In this document: one piece after another, positions 37,434-51,071 of the stretch
Position numbering within the stretch: position 1 is the first letter of the stretch
Layout of the letters: each line of letters begins with the position of its first letter
NCBI GenBank assembly: GCA_965644265.1
Contig: OZ286469.1
Location: 46,252,001 to 46,316,000 of the forward strand
Length of the DNA: 64,000 nucleotides
From: Glycera tridactyla
Lineage: Eukaryota
Direction: 5' to 3'
Notes under the pieces: generated by a model
Databases searched by the model: none
Told to the model about the DNA's origin: nothing
Seen by the model: the letters and a program-made list of their open reading frames with translations, nothing else
Program-made: the position numbers and the translations under genes

Positions 37434-39107
37434 AATGTAAAGGAGGGGGAAAAAAGACCTGAAGTCAAGACATTGTCAATGGGATTGAGCTGGACCGGAA
37501 GTGAGCAGGCAAAGCGGGACTCGCGCGAAGATTCAACATGGCGGCGCCCACGAACTCGCGTGATTCCTCGTGTATACACACAGGGACACGTGCATGGTAA
37601 TATATAAGTAATATATATAGCCGACCATATAAAATATGTATTGCCTTAGCGCATATACAGTGCAGAATATATATGCACACCGAACCTTGCACTGCATCGT
37701 AATTCACCCTCTCTCTTTCCCTCTTTCACTGTACATGTATATATATATGGGTGCGTTTTTGCTTGCCTTTGGTGCCGTACAATCGATGAACTTTGGCAGA
37801 CAGTTTGTGAGGTATGGAACTGTTCGAATGACCCTAAAATCGGACAGCAATGCTTCTCATCTACGGACAAAACCTGGGATCGCACTTACATAGTTCGAAC
37901 TGAATTGAATTCTATTCCAAGTCCCTCTGTGATTTTGGAACCAACTCGATAATTATGATATGTTATAGCATGCATGTCAACACTTGAGATTAAGTTGTTC
38001 ATAGATGAATACGTCAGCCTGAGTATTCTTACTCTTACTTCTTACGATCCGTACATGAGCCACTCTCGTGCTGATGCATGCATGATTTCTGGCAAAAATG
38101 ACAAGTCCGAGCAGTATCTTCATTGTCCGTGAATGTAGAGGTCAGTTATCCTAGCTATTTGCTTAGTGTGCACCATGTGGAGAAAAAACAGCTCCTGTTC
38201 ATATCAATAATAGATATTCATAACTAATGATATTTTCTTCGCTTTATTCCAATCGACCATATTTTGTAAACAGAAATTTGTACATCACAAGTATTCGTCG
38301 ATTTCATTTGCATAAGTAATATACGTCAAAGGGAAATTCTATAGTATGCTCATGCATTCAACTAATTCCCAAATTACACATAATGTAAGGGAATGAGCAA
38401 CCATATTTACCAACGTACAATGAGCAAGAACATATGAAGAACATATATTCCAAGACTCTAGGGGCGGATCCACAGTCGTGGGTCACACAGGCCTGCCAGT
38501 CCATCCGTCCGTCCATCCGTCCATCTGTCTATCCTAGCATGAATTTCACAATCCCATTGGTGCAATATCCTTTTTTACGAATAATATACAGTATTTAGAT
38601 ATATGTATTATATGTGTCACGAGTTTTAAAAGAAGGGGATAATAAGTGTTGGGAGTCAGTGTCATTTTCACACTCGATGATTAGTTGCTTAACCAACCGA
38701 TGATTGATTGAAACCACTTACAAAATTTACGCCAGCGTGTTGTGAATGCTCTTAAGTGTCTCACATATGAATGGATTGAATAGGTCCCTCGTGCAGAAAA
38801 GCTAGAAAGGTTATTTCTTCGTTGGCGTGAAGAATTGCCAGTATGACGTATTTTGGTCATGTCTCAGCATCATGGAAAATCATGTCCAGAATGCTCAGAA
38901 AGTCATATCAGAGCTCCATTTCCTGTGATAAATCTGACTGAAGCAGCCATGTCATTTTCAGCCAAATCGATCCTGCTCAAGCCAAACGAGACCACTAACA
39001 ATACTGTCTTTACCGTCATCCCAAACTAGCGTATCAAGTCCCAGGTACGAGATATCTGGCTCTCGCAGCCCCAGAATGTCCTAAAGTACATATGACTTCA
39101 AGAGCGA

Positions 39108-39330
39108 GGGTTGTATACAGAGGTGACAACGTAACATATCACACATTTCATTGAACGTTGCCCCTTTTTGAAAGAATCAGGAGCCGTGTTGCCCTCAAAA
39201 AGAGCAAGACGTTTGCACTTGATCTATTTTGAGTGAACTGATTCTAAATGATTTTGTAATGAAAACCCACCTTTCCTCGAACATTAGGGGGCAAATCCAC
39301 CCGATTGATAAAATCCTGGATGCAAACCCC
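39108..39330. mobile_element. Diverged copy of the CAGGGTTGCATCCAG MITE
   Basis: agggttgtatacag ... atcctggatgcaaaccc with internal similarity to 50834-51067. Another 3'-end fragment near 41020-41070. Confidence 0.65.
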
Positions 39331-41985
39331 AAAAGCTGTATGGGAGATACATAATATGTCTTCATTGGTTTCAGTCTAGTTCCTGTTAGCCAGTTTGTCT
39401 AAAGACAATTTCTTTAGCCATATAAGACAGACTGTCCCAGGCTAAATAGCTAATGGCTAGCGCGAATGCAGTCAATCTATTTCATCCAATGCTACAATCG
39501 ATCATGAGCCTATCACTGAGGCTTCAAAGGCTTTAGACTTCATTGATTTCTAAGATTGTATCGAGACACATCCTACCCCCTACATAGGTTGAGAGTACAA
39601 TGAAAACACAATCACAATTCAATTACCTATGAGAACAGTCGTGACATGTGCAAGTTAGGTAAGACTGGAATCCACTGGCACATATGGTAGTGGTAAGCAT
39701 TGGTTGTGTCGATATGATAACAACTATAGTTGGGTAATTTCACGCTTTGGTTAAGGGAATGATATTCCAAGAGACATCTTCCGGAGTGACTTGCAACATT
39801 ACTTCCGATAATTGTGAGAGAAACTTCACGATCATTCAATGGCTTGACTGATTTGACGACGTCTATCAACAGAACGTTACAATGATGTCATCCAATGATT
39901 TCAATACGGAGAGGCAGGGGTTCGGTCAGGATCAGAAAACATGAGCCAGAAGATTCGTAATTCATCATTTTTATGAAGAAAAATTACACGATCCAAAGTC
40001 TGCCAAATTACTTAAAATCAATAGCCACTGTGTAAGTTACCACAGTACAACAGAAATTCTTTCATTAGTACTTGTCCCACAGTGTTAGCAGCAGGTATTT
40101 AGCAAGATTCATCATGAATTTCAATAATTATCTTGGTTCATCCTCCCACTTGAATTCCCATGAGCCGAAACCGAAAAGTTCTAGCCCGAATCAATGGCTC
40201 AAGGGCTCATGACTGGCCAAGAGCCTCTGAGGAGATACAGTTTGTTTGTTTGTTTGTTTGTTTGAGGTTTAACGGCATGTATCAACCCACAGGATCATGT
40301 ATGCCACGTGTTCCTGATTAATGAAAGCTAGATGTTCTCTCCCCTGCAGACATCACTCTCATGAACCCTGGACACAAGATGATGGGAACCTGAAAGGTTG
40401 TCAAATGGAAGTGGCTGACGGTTCAGACACACCTCTACCTACTCCACAAAGAAGACAGATTGAACCTGACGATGGCATATCTAACTATGTAACTGGCTGG
40501 AAGCTAACACTCAAGCCTGATAGCTATGCTTTTTTTTTGCAAAGTGCAGTACTTGAAACAAGGAAAAGCATTATGTTCGGAGAATACTCAAACAAGAGAT
40601 ATGGGGAATAGGGTGGAGATGATTGAACGGTCTCTCTCGACCACATATATGTGATTTTGTGTTGCATGTGTACGTAACACAAATCAGGTTTGGCCATGTA
40701 AACATGAATACAATGCGTGTGAATAAATCAAGTACATATGATTCATGCCAGGAATACAGACACATTCATGCTCCCTTTGAAAACGATGGATGGAAGTACA
40801 TACATCAAACAATGATTCAGAGCTATTGTGCATCGACCCTATTGATAGGACTTCATTAACCCAAAACATCCCCAATATTATTAAATGTATTTTTCATTTA
40901 TCCAGACATGCAATGGTCAATCTCATGTACAGAATAATCATTCATATGTAATTCTTTAGACATTACGCCTACTACCAATAACTAGTGCCTAACTTGCGGT
41001 AAACACTAGACAGGCTGCCCTTGTAGGGGGCAGATGCCCCCATTCCTGATAATCCTGGACGCAACCCTGCAAGATGATGGATACATAGACAGAACGACAT
41101 GCGTATGTGATACGAAAGCTGCCGGCTTCTCGATCCCAGCTCGAGCATCACATACGCATGTCGTTTTGTTTTTATCGCATGAGACAACCATTCAAACAAT
41201 AGATATGTGTTTGATCAGTGAAATTTAACAATTCTGAAGTTTAAAAACGTCTCAATGTACGCATTGCTGGCGTTGTTCGCTCGTTTGTTTACGTTGTTTT
41301 GATGCCGCTGTCGGTGCACCAGCCTAGTGCCCACGGCGACGACGCATGCGCAGATAGCTAGGATGGAATCTGAATCCGTATCACCTGAGCCTGTGATACA
41401 GATTTCTTTATCACATAGTCGTAATGAGGCCATTTTCCTGTCGATATCACATCCTTAGCCATCATCTCATGTGATAAAAAAAAAGGACCTTAATTGGAAG
41501 TAACTGTCACTTCTTTGTTCATGGTAAAGGGTGCTCTATGCTCGCAGGACAATGCTATCGGACTTCCTAGTATACCTAGTCGCTGCCCTAGTAGCCCATA
41601 ACTGGTGTACCTAGTACCCGCTTCTTGTATAGTGACAGTATCTGCTACAGGCAAACAATCAGCCACGTACACCTAAGACAAATTTAATTAAAGAATCGCG
41701 AAAGAGCCCAGAGGGGTTGAACAGATGGGAAGATAGAAGACTCGGTGATATTTCACCATATCTAATGCTACATTGTAGACATATATAACCTACCTGTCTA
41801 TATTTATTATATGATATTATGTGTGTATTTTGTATTTGATTTTCTTATAGCCATAATAAAACTCATTGAATCCCATTGAAAATCCTAATATAATTGTTCA
41901 CATTACTTAGTATACAGGTTCGACCTTATATTGCCGGCTGAGCAAAGAGGATATGCATCACCCTGTGTTATATTTCTGTTGGCAG

Positions 41986-42109
41986 GTTCGGGTATGGTTT
42001 GATAGGTATCGGCGTGATACTGGTGGCAAGTCATTTCATACAATGTATGATGATACGACGTCGAATGGCTAGCAATGGGCAAGTGATTGTGCCCCCCAAC
42101 GCATGGGTG
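41986..42109 (+). CDS. Gene A, TM2 exon (124 bp, phase 2-0)
   Basis: tatttctgttggcAG|41986, 42109|GTAAGT. Encodes FGYGLIGIGVILVASHFIQCMMIRRRMASNGQVIVPPNAWV. Same length and phases as 63816-63939. Not in the ORF track. Confidence 0.8.
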
Positions 42110-42644
42110 GTAAGTAGATAGGGGTAGGATCAGGCTCTGCTGGGTCCCGTCTCTGCCATGGAACGCGATTTGGGCCTTTCAGACATAACACCATGTGAAA
42201 ACCATGGTCCTGCGTTAGCGGTAGCACTGTGATAAGTGACTTCAAACTAGTTACACTGGTATCCCTCATCAGCATACATACGCATGCAAGCACAAGAGAG
42301 GAGCGTTCAAACTCAACCGTCACCCTTTGAAACAGCGTCATCAATGTCAATGTTGTCCTCACCACGAATTTCATCACCATCATCAGATCTTCACCGTCAC
42401 TTTGATAATCATCCTTTTCTTGTTCTTGTTCTTGTTGTTCTTGTTGTTCTCCTTATTCTTGTTCTTGTTCTTCTAATTCTCCTCTCTTTTCTTTAAATGG
42501 ATTTATCGCCATAAGCATTTCCTGGACGCCGCCAACAAGGCCTAAATATGACAAGAAAAGGGCGTTGCCAGAGAGAATACCCTGATTAGATTAGTTGGGT
42601 AATGATATGACATGTGACGATGGCACTATGATGATGCCTACTGG

Positions 42645-42668
42645 TTGATAATGATGATGATGATGATA

Positions 42669-42724
<56 letters not shown>

Positions 42725-42790
42725 GAAGATGACGATGATGACGATGACGATGGCGATGACGACGAGGATAGGGATGATGAGGATAATGAA
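42645..42790. repeat. (GAT)n microsatellite
   Basis: Direct reading. Confidence 0.9.
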
Positions 42791-44105
42791 CCATGTGTAC
42801 ATTAGAAAGTTGGCTGGCATTTATAGGACCGTGTACGTGCATCCACTGTTAGATCCATACTAAATAATTCATATCGTAAAATTACAGTCGCATCGCGTCG
42901 TCGCGAACTAGATCCACCACAAAAGCATGATTATGTCAATATGAATCCCCCTTCCAGCACCCAGACAATCGATGCCTGTCTATGCGCGTTGATCTGGCAG
43001 TTGTCGGTCCATTTATCGAAAGATTGTGAGCTTGAATATAGTTCATGTTCGATGGTTAGTTTGGGGTTCTATGACGCGTATCTTACCTGATGGATTATGT
43101 ATGCTGTGTGACCCTGATCTCTGTAAGCTGGGCTTTTGTCAACTGCAGGGTTCACTCTCACAACTGCTAAACGCAAGATGATGGGGAACCAGAACGATTG
43201 TCGAGTGTGAGCAGCTGGTAGTTCAGACACATATATATGCACCTCACATGAGCATGAATCTACATATCGATGGCCTATCTAACCATATATAACCAGTTGC
43301 CATCGATCCGTTGGTGTCATTGTTCATCTATACCCGCTGAGAGTCAGATACTCAGTTAGATATTCCATAAATAGGTTTTATTGGTTCATGTCAAAGAGGT
43401 AGAGGTGTGTCTGAACTGTCAGCTACTTCCAATTGACAACCTTTCAGGTTCCCCCATCATTTCGTGTTCAAGGTTTGTGAGAGTGTTGTCTGCAGGGGTG
43501 AGAACATCTAGCTTTCATTGACCAGCAACATACGGCATACATAACTCTCGGTTGATACATGCCGTTAAACATCAAACAATCAATCGATACCCTCAAACAA
43601 ACAAACAAACAAGCAAACAAACAAACCAATCAATCAATACCTGCTGACAACAGAGGATGCTTGGTTTGTAGGAGCCGTTATCACTACGTGACGGGCTGTC
43701 GAAGTTCTTCCAGTATGCCCATTACACAGGGTTTTGGGAGAAAAAAAAGTATAATTTGGATCAGTTCCATCAATTTCGAGTATATCCACACCTATATGTA
43801 TGGGTTACTAGATCCAACCACTGCTGCTGCGATCTATTTATGGCTCTGCCACGGTGCACCTTATATTGTCATCCATTAGAAATGGAGAGAACTTGACCAG
43901 CTGTGTCAACAGTATACGAACAAGGAAGTTGTGTTAGTTAGCAGTAAGGGAGTGTGTTTAGAGGCCGCCAATACTGTTAGATTCCCTCCATGCAGTTCTT
44001 GAAGTGCAATTTGTGTTTATGCAATGCAGAGCAACTCTAATCGAACCAGACGAGCGACTGATTGATTATCAACTAATGAATAACATTACTGAGCGATCAA
44101 TAGAT

Positions 44106-44107
<2 letters not shown>

Positions 44108-44190
<83 letters not shown>
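44108..44190. repeat. (TA)n microsatellite
   Basis: Direct reading. Confidence 0.95.
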
Positions 44191-44195
<5 letters not shown>

Positions 44196-44358
44196 GAACC
44201 GCCCTATAAAGACTGGCTCCGGCCGCATCAGCAAGTGGCCTTTATAGGGAGATGGTCTTTATAGAGAGGTCATTTACTGTTGAAAATACTTCCACGGTCG
44301 CAACTCAGGGGGGGGGGGGGTCTTTATAGTGAGGTGGTCTTTAGAGGAGGTTCGACTG
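44191..44358. mobile_element. Tc1/mariner-type MITE at the end of the (TA)n tract
   Basis: tagtcgaacc ... ggttcgactg|TA; internal sequence shared with 1619-1752. Confidence 0.8.
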
Positions 44359-46161
44359 TATATATTTAAATGAATCAATCGATCAAATCGACAAGTGAGT
44401 AGTCGATCAATCGATCAGTCACTCATTCAGGCAGTCAGTCATAAATCAATCCTGGCAACTGATTGAATGACGAGCCATCTAACCTACCAACCAAACCAGC
44501 CAAACAACCATCCAATCGAGTAACCATCATGCCACCAATCAATGGACCAAACAATCAAATGAACAACCGATACCTAAATCAACCCTGGCAGTCAGTCAGT
44601 CAGTCATTTATTCAGTCAGCCAGCCAGTGCATGGCGAGTTGGGTTCTTACACTTTGGTCCTCATTTGCTGTTGTGTTTCGTTGTTGACTGTCCCATTACC
44701 TTATACTAACCATGTATGTGACACATTTATGTGTCACTATTCTCTCACTAACACATGTTCTCGTCATGGAGATATAGTCATTTCGATGTACCACCAGACG
44801 AATGAAAATAATAATGATAAAAAAACAAAACTGCGCAGCATTGTTCTCAACAGTGAGCAAGGCTCTTGCTCGCATGGATGGCCAAAGTGAGCCAAGTTCA
44901 CCATTCAATACCGGTCCTACGCCAAAGAGCAGATCCACATGACCTGTGCTTCCCACGCTGGATGCCCCTCTGCGTAGAGGTAACTTATTGGCACCTCTGT
45001 ATCTCTCTACTCCACTTTACCTAGGTGTGAATAGCTTTTTTGCCAAAAGGCAGTGACGTTGCTTGTTGAGCGCTTAGCCAATGCAGTTAGTTCGGTGTCT
45101 GAGACTGTAGGCTTTGTTCAGTTTAGTTCAGGTTGAAAACCATGTATCAACCCAGATGATTATGTATGTCGTTTGTTTCTGGTCAATGTGAGCTATATGT
45201 CCTGTCCCCATGCAGTCCTCATTTACACAACCCCCCGATGCAGAAGATGAGAGTTCTGAAATGTCAATTAGGATCACCTGACAATTCTACGCACNNNNNN
45301 NNNNNNNNNNNNNNNNNNNNNNNNNNNNNNNNNNNNNNNNNNNNNNNNNNNNNNNNNNNNNNNNNNNNNNNNNNNNNNNNNNNNNNNNNNNNNNNNNNNN
45401 NNNNNNNNNNNNNNNNNNNNNNNNNNNNNNNNNNNNNNNNNNNNNNNNNNNNNNNNNNNNNNNNNNNGGAAACGAGTCCTCCATTTAATCAAGCGACGTG
45501 ACCAGACATATGCGTCAGTAACGTTACATATAACTTGACAGGCTGGTCATTTGCAAGTTACATATAGGTGGCATGGAGCATCATCAAATTTTCACTAACG
45601 AGTCTAACATTACGTAATCGCACATCTTGATAATGGGTCAATGATGTGTCTAGACGCTAATTTCGATCAATCATCAATTTCACGGAGGCATCATGGATGC
45701 ATTTCTCATTCCACATGTCAATTTACCCTAAATCCCCCCAACGAAAACTACAATTAATTGATTAAAATACTGCCTAACGTCCCATCAAGTTTGGTCGGAG
45801 TATATGAGCCTGTGCTATTGCGCAATCATCTGTCTTAAGCAACAATGGGTGGGGTGGGAGATTGTTTCCCGAGGGTGGTTGCTTNNNNNNNNNNNNNNNN
45901 NNNNNNNNNNNNNNNNNNNNNNNNNNNNNNNNNNNNNNNNNNNNNNNNNNNNNNNNNNNNNNNNNNNNNNNNNNNNNNNNNNNNNNNNNNNNNNNNNNNN
46001 NNNNNNNNNNNNNNNNNNNNNNNNNNNNNNNNNNNNNNNNNNNNNNNNNNNNNNNNNNNNNNNNNNNNNNNNNNNNNNNNNNNNNNNNNNNNNNNNNNNN
46101 NNNNNNNNNNNNNNNNNNNNNNNACATCTAATTGTTTGTATTTGTCTGTTTGTATCCACAG

Positions 46162-46335
46162 CAGAGTGCGCCCGTGCCCGCTGCTGGACCGCAGCCACCG
46201 GGATATTACCCACCACAACCCTATATGCCACCGCCACCAGGTGGTCCGCCTACACAGTATCCCATGCAACCTCCGCCTTATACAGAAGCTAACGACAATC
46301 CAGCTTACGTGCCTCAAACGAATCCGTCTTTGTGA
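46162..46335 (+). CDS. Gene A, terminal exon: Pro/Tyr-rich cytoplasmic tail
   Basis: tttgtatccacAG|46162 (phase 0; NAGNAG alternative at 46165). QSAPVPAAGPQPPGYYPPQPYMPPPPGGPPTQYPMQPPPYTEANDNPAYVPQTNPSL, stop TGA at 46333-46335. Confidence 0.75.
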   Translation, partial: QSAPVPAAGPQPPGYYPPQPYMPPPPGGPPTQYPMQPPPYTEANDNPAYVPQTNPSL

Positions 46336-48059
46336 GTATACACACTGAGTGTGCTAACATACTGGGTGGGACCCAGGGCGGGAACATATTGGGTGGGACC
46401 CAGGGCGGGTATGTTAGCAATAGCGAGATGGAAATGTCGTAGGATGACCATCAAACTACTTCCCCGGGGGTGGGGCTAGGTTAAATGTTCTCATAATATT
46501 TCAACGCCGACAACGTCGGAGTCGTTGTCGCATCCGCCGTCGTCGTTAAAGTCGTCGTCGTCATCGCCGTCGTTGCAATCGTCGCAATGACTAGCTCTCA
46601 TGGATTCATTTCCGAGTACAGTCGAATCTCTCTTTAAAGACCGCATTCGGTCACATCAAGAAGTGGATCTTTCTTCGGATCGGAAAATACAGGTAGACAC
46701 ATCACTTCGTCAAAGCAATTACATAATTTCAGGACAAACGATATGCTCGTACACAAACAGACCGTAAGCTAGCTGCAAATAGCTCAGATACAGGATGCCC
46801 TATATTACTATGACCCAGGCCAGTAGATGAGATAAGTTTCATCAATGTTGTACAACAGATGTGCACTGTAAACTGCACTGCGTCGTCGTTGCCATCGTCA
46901 TCGTTGTGATAATCGTCGTCATTGTCGTGAAATTTTGTCGCCTTCGCCCTTGAAGTCGCTGCCGTCGTCGTCATCGTCGTTATTGCAGTTTGCGTCGGGG
47001 CTCTCGTCGTCGTCGTCGTCGTCGTTGTCGTCGTCGTCGCCGCTGCCTTGCTCGTCCTCGTCGTTATAGTAATTATCATCGTCGTCGTCATTGTTGTCGT
47101 CGTTGTCGTCTCCAAACTCGTCGTTGTAAATTCATTTGTCGTCGTCAGTGTCGTCGTCGTTGTAAATGTCATCGTCGTCGTTCTGCGCTATCGCACTTGG
47201 CCACATATCAGCCACAAATTAAGTATTCAGACACATGCGAACAGGAATTTTGGGTAGGGTCACACCCTAACTGGGGCAAATACACCACCCCTTCAATAGA
47301 TATTGACAGCAGGCTCAGGCGGTGTCGCTCAGGTGAAAGTCAGTCTGCCCGTCCGTCAGTCTGTCAGCCAGTCTGCCAGCCAGCCAGTCAGTGAGTCAAC
47401 CACTACTATTTTGGAGTAGCGACTACACTTTTTCGGGCCCAAATTCTTGCTTTCCATGAGTGATGCTTCTCTACAAAATCAACATTTTCCCTCTCATTTC
47501 ATTGCAATCACGGGTACTGCTACTTTCCGAAATTGGACACCGTGCGATTATTGTCCATCACAGGTTGGCATCCCGGCAGTCAGCCGATAAATCAATCAAT
47601 ATATCAATCAGTCGATCAGTCAGTCAGTCATAGTGTGAATTTCTCCCGGTATACTGATCATACTCAGCAGATACTGAGAAATGCCCGTCAACGATGTTCA
47701 GTTACTACAGTTACTAGTCCTGACTCAGCAATATAGGCGTCGCAGTGGTGCATGGCATGTTGCCAGCGACAATGAATTGAGCATCTAGTCCGTGAACTCG
47801 TGAACTGGGTCACTGCCTATTCAGCAGTTACTTAAACGGTGGTTACGAATATATATGTCCAGAGTGGCGAGCTACATGCAGACACTCCGGTTCTCAACTG
47901 AGCAGCATTGTTTACAACAGTGAGCAAGGTTCCTCTTTGGAAGGGTGACCCACATGTACATTGGACAATGTTCACTATTCCATACTTTACCTGCACCATT
48001 AGACAGATCTGCATGATATGTGCGCAACTAACTAAGAAGGCACGTCTGTGTAGGGATAA

Positions 48060-48290
48060 ATGAGTGAAACCTCAGTACTCCACCACTTCATTTCACCCAG
48101 GTGTGAATGGGTACTTAGCACATACGTAGCGATGGTGATTGTAGAGTGCTTAGCCCATGCAATTCTGTGTCTGTGGTTGTATACTCCCCAGGGAGATGAG
48201 AAAGGCCCAACCTTGAACAGGCCTGCCAAGGAATATAAAGTCGAGTGAACTTGCAATGGATACCAGTGGAGTATCAGGTGTTGAGTATCG
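48060..48290 (+). mobile_element. SINE remnant (CORE/V-SINE-like central motif)
   Basis: cacccaggtgtgaatgggtac and gtatactccccagggag resemble recalled SINE central-domain motifs. Confidence 0.4.
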
Positions 48291-49276
48291 TGTGTGATAC
48301 TTCAAAGCTGGGCGAGAACTACTTTCTGATGATTTCTCCCCAATCTATGTGATATATCGCTGTGAGGTAAAAACGAAATACCAAGCTTGGTTTGAATTTT
48401 GCTGGATGTCTACCGGCCCTTGGCCTCGTTGACATCTGGCAAAATTCACACATCATTTGATATTGCGTTTTTACTTCATGGCCATATATTCTTGCCATAA
48501 TACCACTACATTTACATCTACATTTATATATGTTTATCATTGTGTTCCAGTGATCCGTCCGCACCACCCCCGAGTTACAGCAGTGTCATCGAAGGAGATA
48601 AGCAAACGTGATATTGTGCGGAGTGGAATTTATTCGTACACATTCGGCAACCCATACCTTGGAGTAGAACTTATTCGTACACATTCGGCAACCCATACCC
48701 CCGATTCTCGCGACCCTCGCCTGTGCTAGCCTCCAGCGCTGCAGACCCTGATGCACTCGACAGCGGCGGACGTCACTACTCGGCAGCATAGGACTGAATG
48801 ATTGAGGCTTCGCCTGTGCATGCATTCGCTCGACCTCTCTGATTCGGGGAGTATTCCCTGATATTGCGTTTCCTGCCTTGATTTTTGATAAGTCATTTAT
48901 AATAACAATTCTTTGTTAACTGACTTTTTACCAGCGTTCAGCTGTGATCGCGAGCAACCCGTCTTCTGCTATGATGTGAATATACCCTTAGGTGAATCGG
49001 GAACGTCCAGTGCCCGAAACTGTGTCAAGGACGTTGGGCGTCGTGAACGCCCATAGCCAGAAAATAGCACATTATTATATATGGAATCGGCGCGCCATTG
49101 TGGGATCAAGTAGTGAAAGAAAAACAATTGACTGCGCACCCTAAATTGCGCATTCGAGTGGGCTATTGTTTGAATATCTAGTGAACACTGATTCACAGGA
49201 TGGTTGTGAAGTTTGGTGAAATTCCTAGAAGTATAAGGAAATTTCAGGGCGCCTAGCAGGAGGGAAGTTATCTCAT

Positions 49277-49510
49277 TTTTGGCTCGCATGCGAAGCTAAA
49301 TGCGAGTCTTTGTAATCACGCAGTTGGTCCGGTCGTCCAGCCGTCCGGCCGGCCGTCCGGCCGGCCGTCCGTCCAGCGTGAAGGTCTGAGGTTAAGGTTT
49401 TGGTTAAAGTTTTTCTTTGAAGCCCCACTCGGCTAATATTGCACCTACATTCTTGAAATTTGGTATACATATGCATCAGTAGTTGGACAACAACATGGGA
49501 GCATTCTTTT
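49277..49510 (+). mobile_element. Helentron-associated non-autonomous element (HINE/DINE-like) 5' part
   Basis: T-run, then inverted repeat ctcgcat...atgcgag, then a (GTCC/GGCC)n tract and an aaatttggtat motif, the usual HINE layout. Confidence 0.55.
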
Positions 49511-50216
49511 TCATAATCCATCTCATATAGTTGGGAAATTCTGAGGGAAAAGAAGACTTTTTATTTGTGAGTTTGGAATTTATTGAGACAGCTGGACCCA
49601 TTCATTCTGCCTGAGTTGCATAAGACGCCACGGAAATGTGCATGATTCTCCGCCTGTCCTTTCATTGTTGGGGAAGGCTCTCCCGGTGACTCTTTTGTTC
49701 TTGGCTCTGTTACATAATCGTCTAATCAGTTTCATGCACCAACTGCTACATCAAGCACTGTATAAATAGATGGACCTAAGTTCACATTGTTATACATACA
49801 CTAGTATGCATATCCGATTATTTGCTCCCTCGAGCACAGTATAGATGGACCTCATTTCACTTTCTTATACATCCACATGTATGGGTGGGAGTGGGGCCAC
49901 GGTTGAGGGGAAGTGTTGGGCGGGGGAGGGGGGGGGGGGCTTGGGATGGGTGATTGGTGGGGTGAGTTCTGTAGTGGGTGTGGGGGAGGGGTGGTGGGGA
50001 TTGGTTGGTTGGTTCCGGGTGGGGGGGGGGGAGGGGGTAAGGGCCAGGGATGGTAGCAGTAGGGGTGGGGGGGGGGGAAGATGGGTGGGGATGGGGAAGA
50101 TGGGTTGGGATGGGCTGCAGATATGGGGGTGGGTGTGTGTGTGTGTGAGGAGGAGGGTGGGGGTGGGGGATTGGTGGGATTGGGGCGGGGGAGTGGGGGA
50201 AGGGTGGGGTGGTGGG

Positions 50217-50217
<1 letters not shown>

Positions 50218-50294
<77 letters not shown>
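50218..50294. repeat. (CA)n microsatellite after a G-rich low-complexity tract (49880-50217)
   Basis: Direct reading. Confidence 0.95.
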
Positions 50295-50297
<3 letters not shown>

Positions 50298-50699
50298 TGT
50301 GTCCCCTTTCGACAAGCGGCGTGCATGCGAGCCTTTTGTGCATTTATGCCTTGTCAGCTGTGACGTGGACCTGTTTACATCTGCCTTCAGGTTTCATTAC
50401 TAATCAGCATGTGGCAAAAATCCAGTGTGATGAGCCAGTCCAAAATATTGATTTTCTATCATTGCAAGAGATAATAAGGTGTGATGATATTCGATGGTTG
50501 GTCATGTCCAACGAATGTTTTGAATATGTGATAAGGCTGCGTATTGTTTGAAATGGAATGTGACAAATGACCCATCATCGATTCAAGATATTTACGATCA
50601 AAATGATATTATTGTGCACCATTGCCAGTCAAAGGTAACTCGTTGTATGATCAGCTGATTCACTAACAGCAGTGAGCCTGCTACCTAATTATCACGATT

Positions 50700-50833
50700 A
50701 TGCAATCGTATAGACCACCTGAGGGTGCCCCTGATGACTACGAGAATGAAGACATCTTTCAACTTATTGGGTATGATATTATTCCCGCCATTGGTGTTCT
50801 TGGTGTGTTAGGAATGACATTTACGACCAGGGT
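50700..50833 (+). pseudogene. Possible N-terminus/TM1 fragment of a rhodopsin-class peptide GPCR, cut off by a MITE
   Basis: MQSYRPPEGAPDDYENEDIFQLIGYDIIPAIGVLGVLG resembles the IP-x-IG-x-x-G-x-x-GN TM1 pattern, but the N is replaced by M and no downstream helices were found. Confidence 0.35.
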
Positions 50834-51067
50834 CAGGGTTGCATCCAGAGGGGGGGGGGGGGGCATGGGGGCATTTCACACATTTTCTTGAGCGTGGCCC
50901 CTTTTTGAAGTAACCAGGGGCCAGAATGCCCCCTAAATCAGCAAGAGGGTTGCATTTACTCCTCATTGAGTGAACCCATTTTGAAAGATTTTGTGAGGAA
51001 ATGCCCCCTTTTCACAGACATTAGGGGGCAGATGCCCCCAATTCTGAAAATCCTGGATGCAACCCTG
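50834..51067. mobile_element. 234-bp MITE with perfect 15-bp TIR (hAT-like CAGGG ends)
   Basis: cagggttgcatccag / ctggatgcaaccctg. No exact TSD found. Confidence 0.8.
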
Positions 51068-51071
51068 CAAG

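Noticed and set aside
41215-41433. Minus-strand ORF with a short hydrophobic stretch as a third paralogue
   Set aside because: No matching splice phases or conserved G/IG pattern, and no partner exons found.
41548-41604. Extra hydrophobic phase 2-2 exon for gene A
   Set aside because: Poor donor (GTGTAC), and direct splicing already gives an ungapped alignment with gene B.
42591-42863. Poly-His, poly-Met and poly-Ile ORFs
   Set aside because: (GAT)n microsatellite read in different frames.
45468-45530. Candidate penultimate exon of gene A (KRVLHLIKRRDQTYAS|GTAACG)
   Set aside because: Weak donor, 5' end hidden in a gap, and a much better exon (41986-42109) matches the paralogue exactly in length and phase.
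46729-47172. Mucin-like poly-Thr ORF on the minus strand
   Set aside because: A (GTC)n trinucleotide region with no convincing start or splice sites.
49845-50363. Several overlapping Pro-rich or Gly-rich ORFs
   Set aside because: G-rich low-complexity tract plus (CA)n; open in many frames on both strands.
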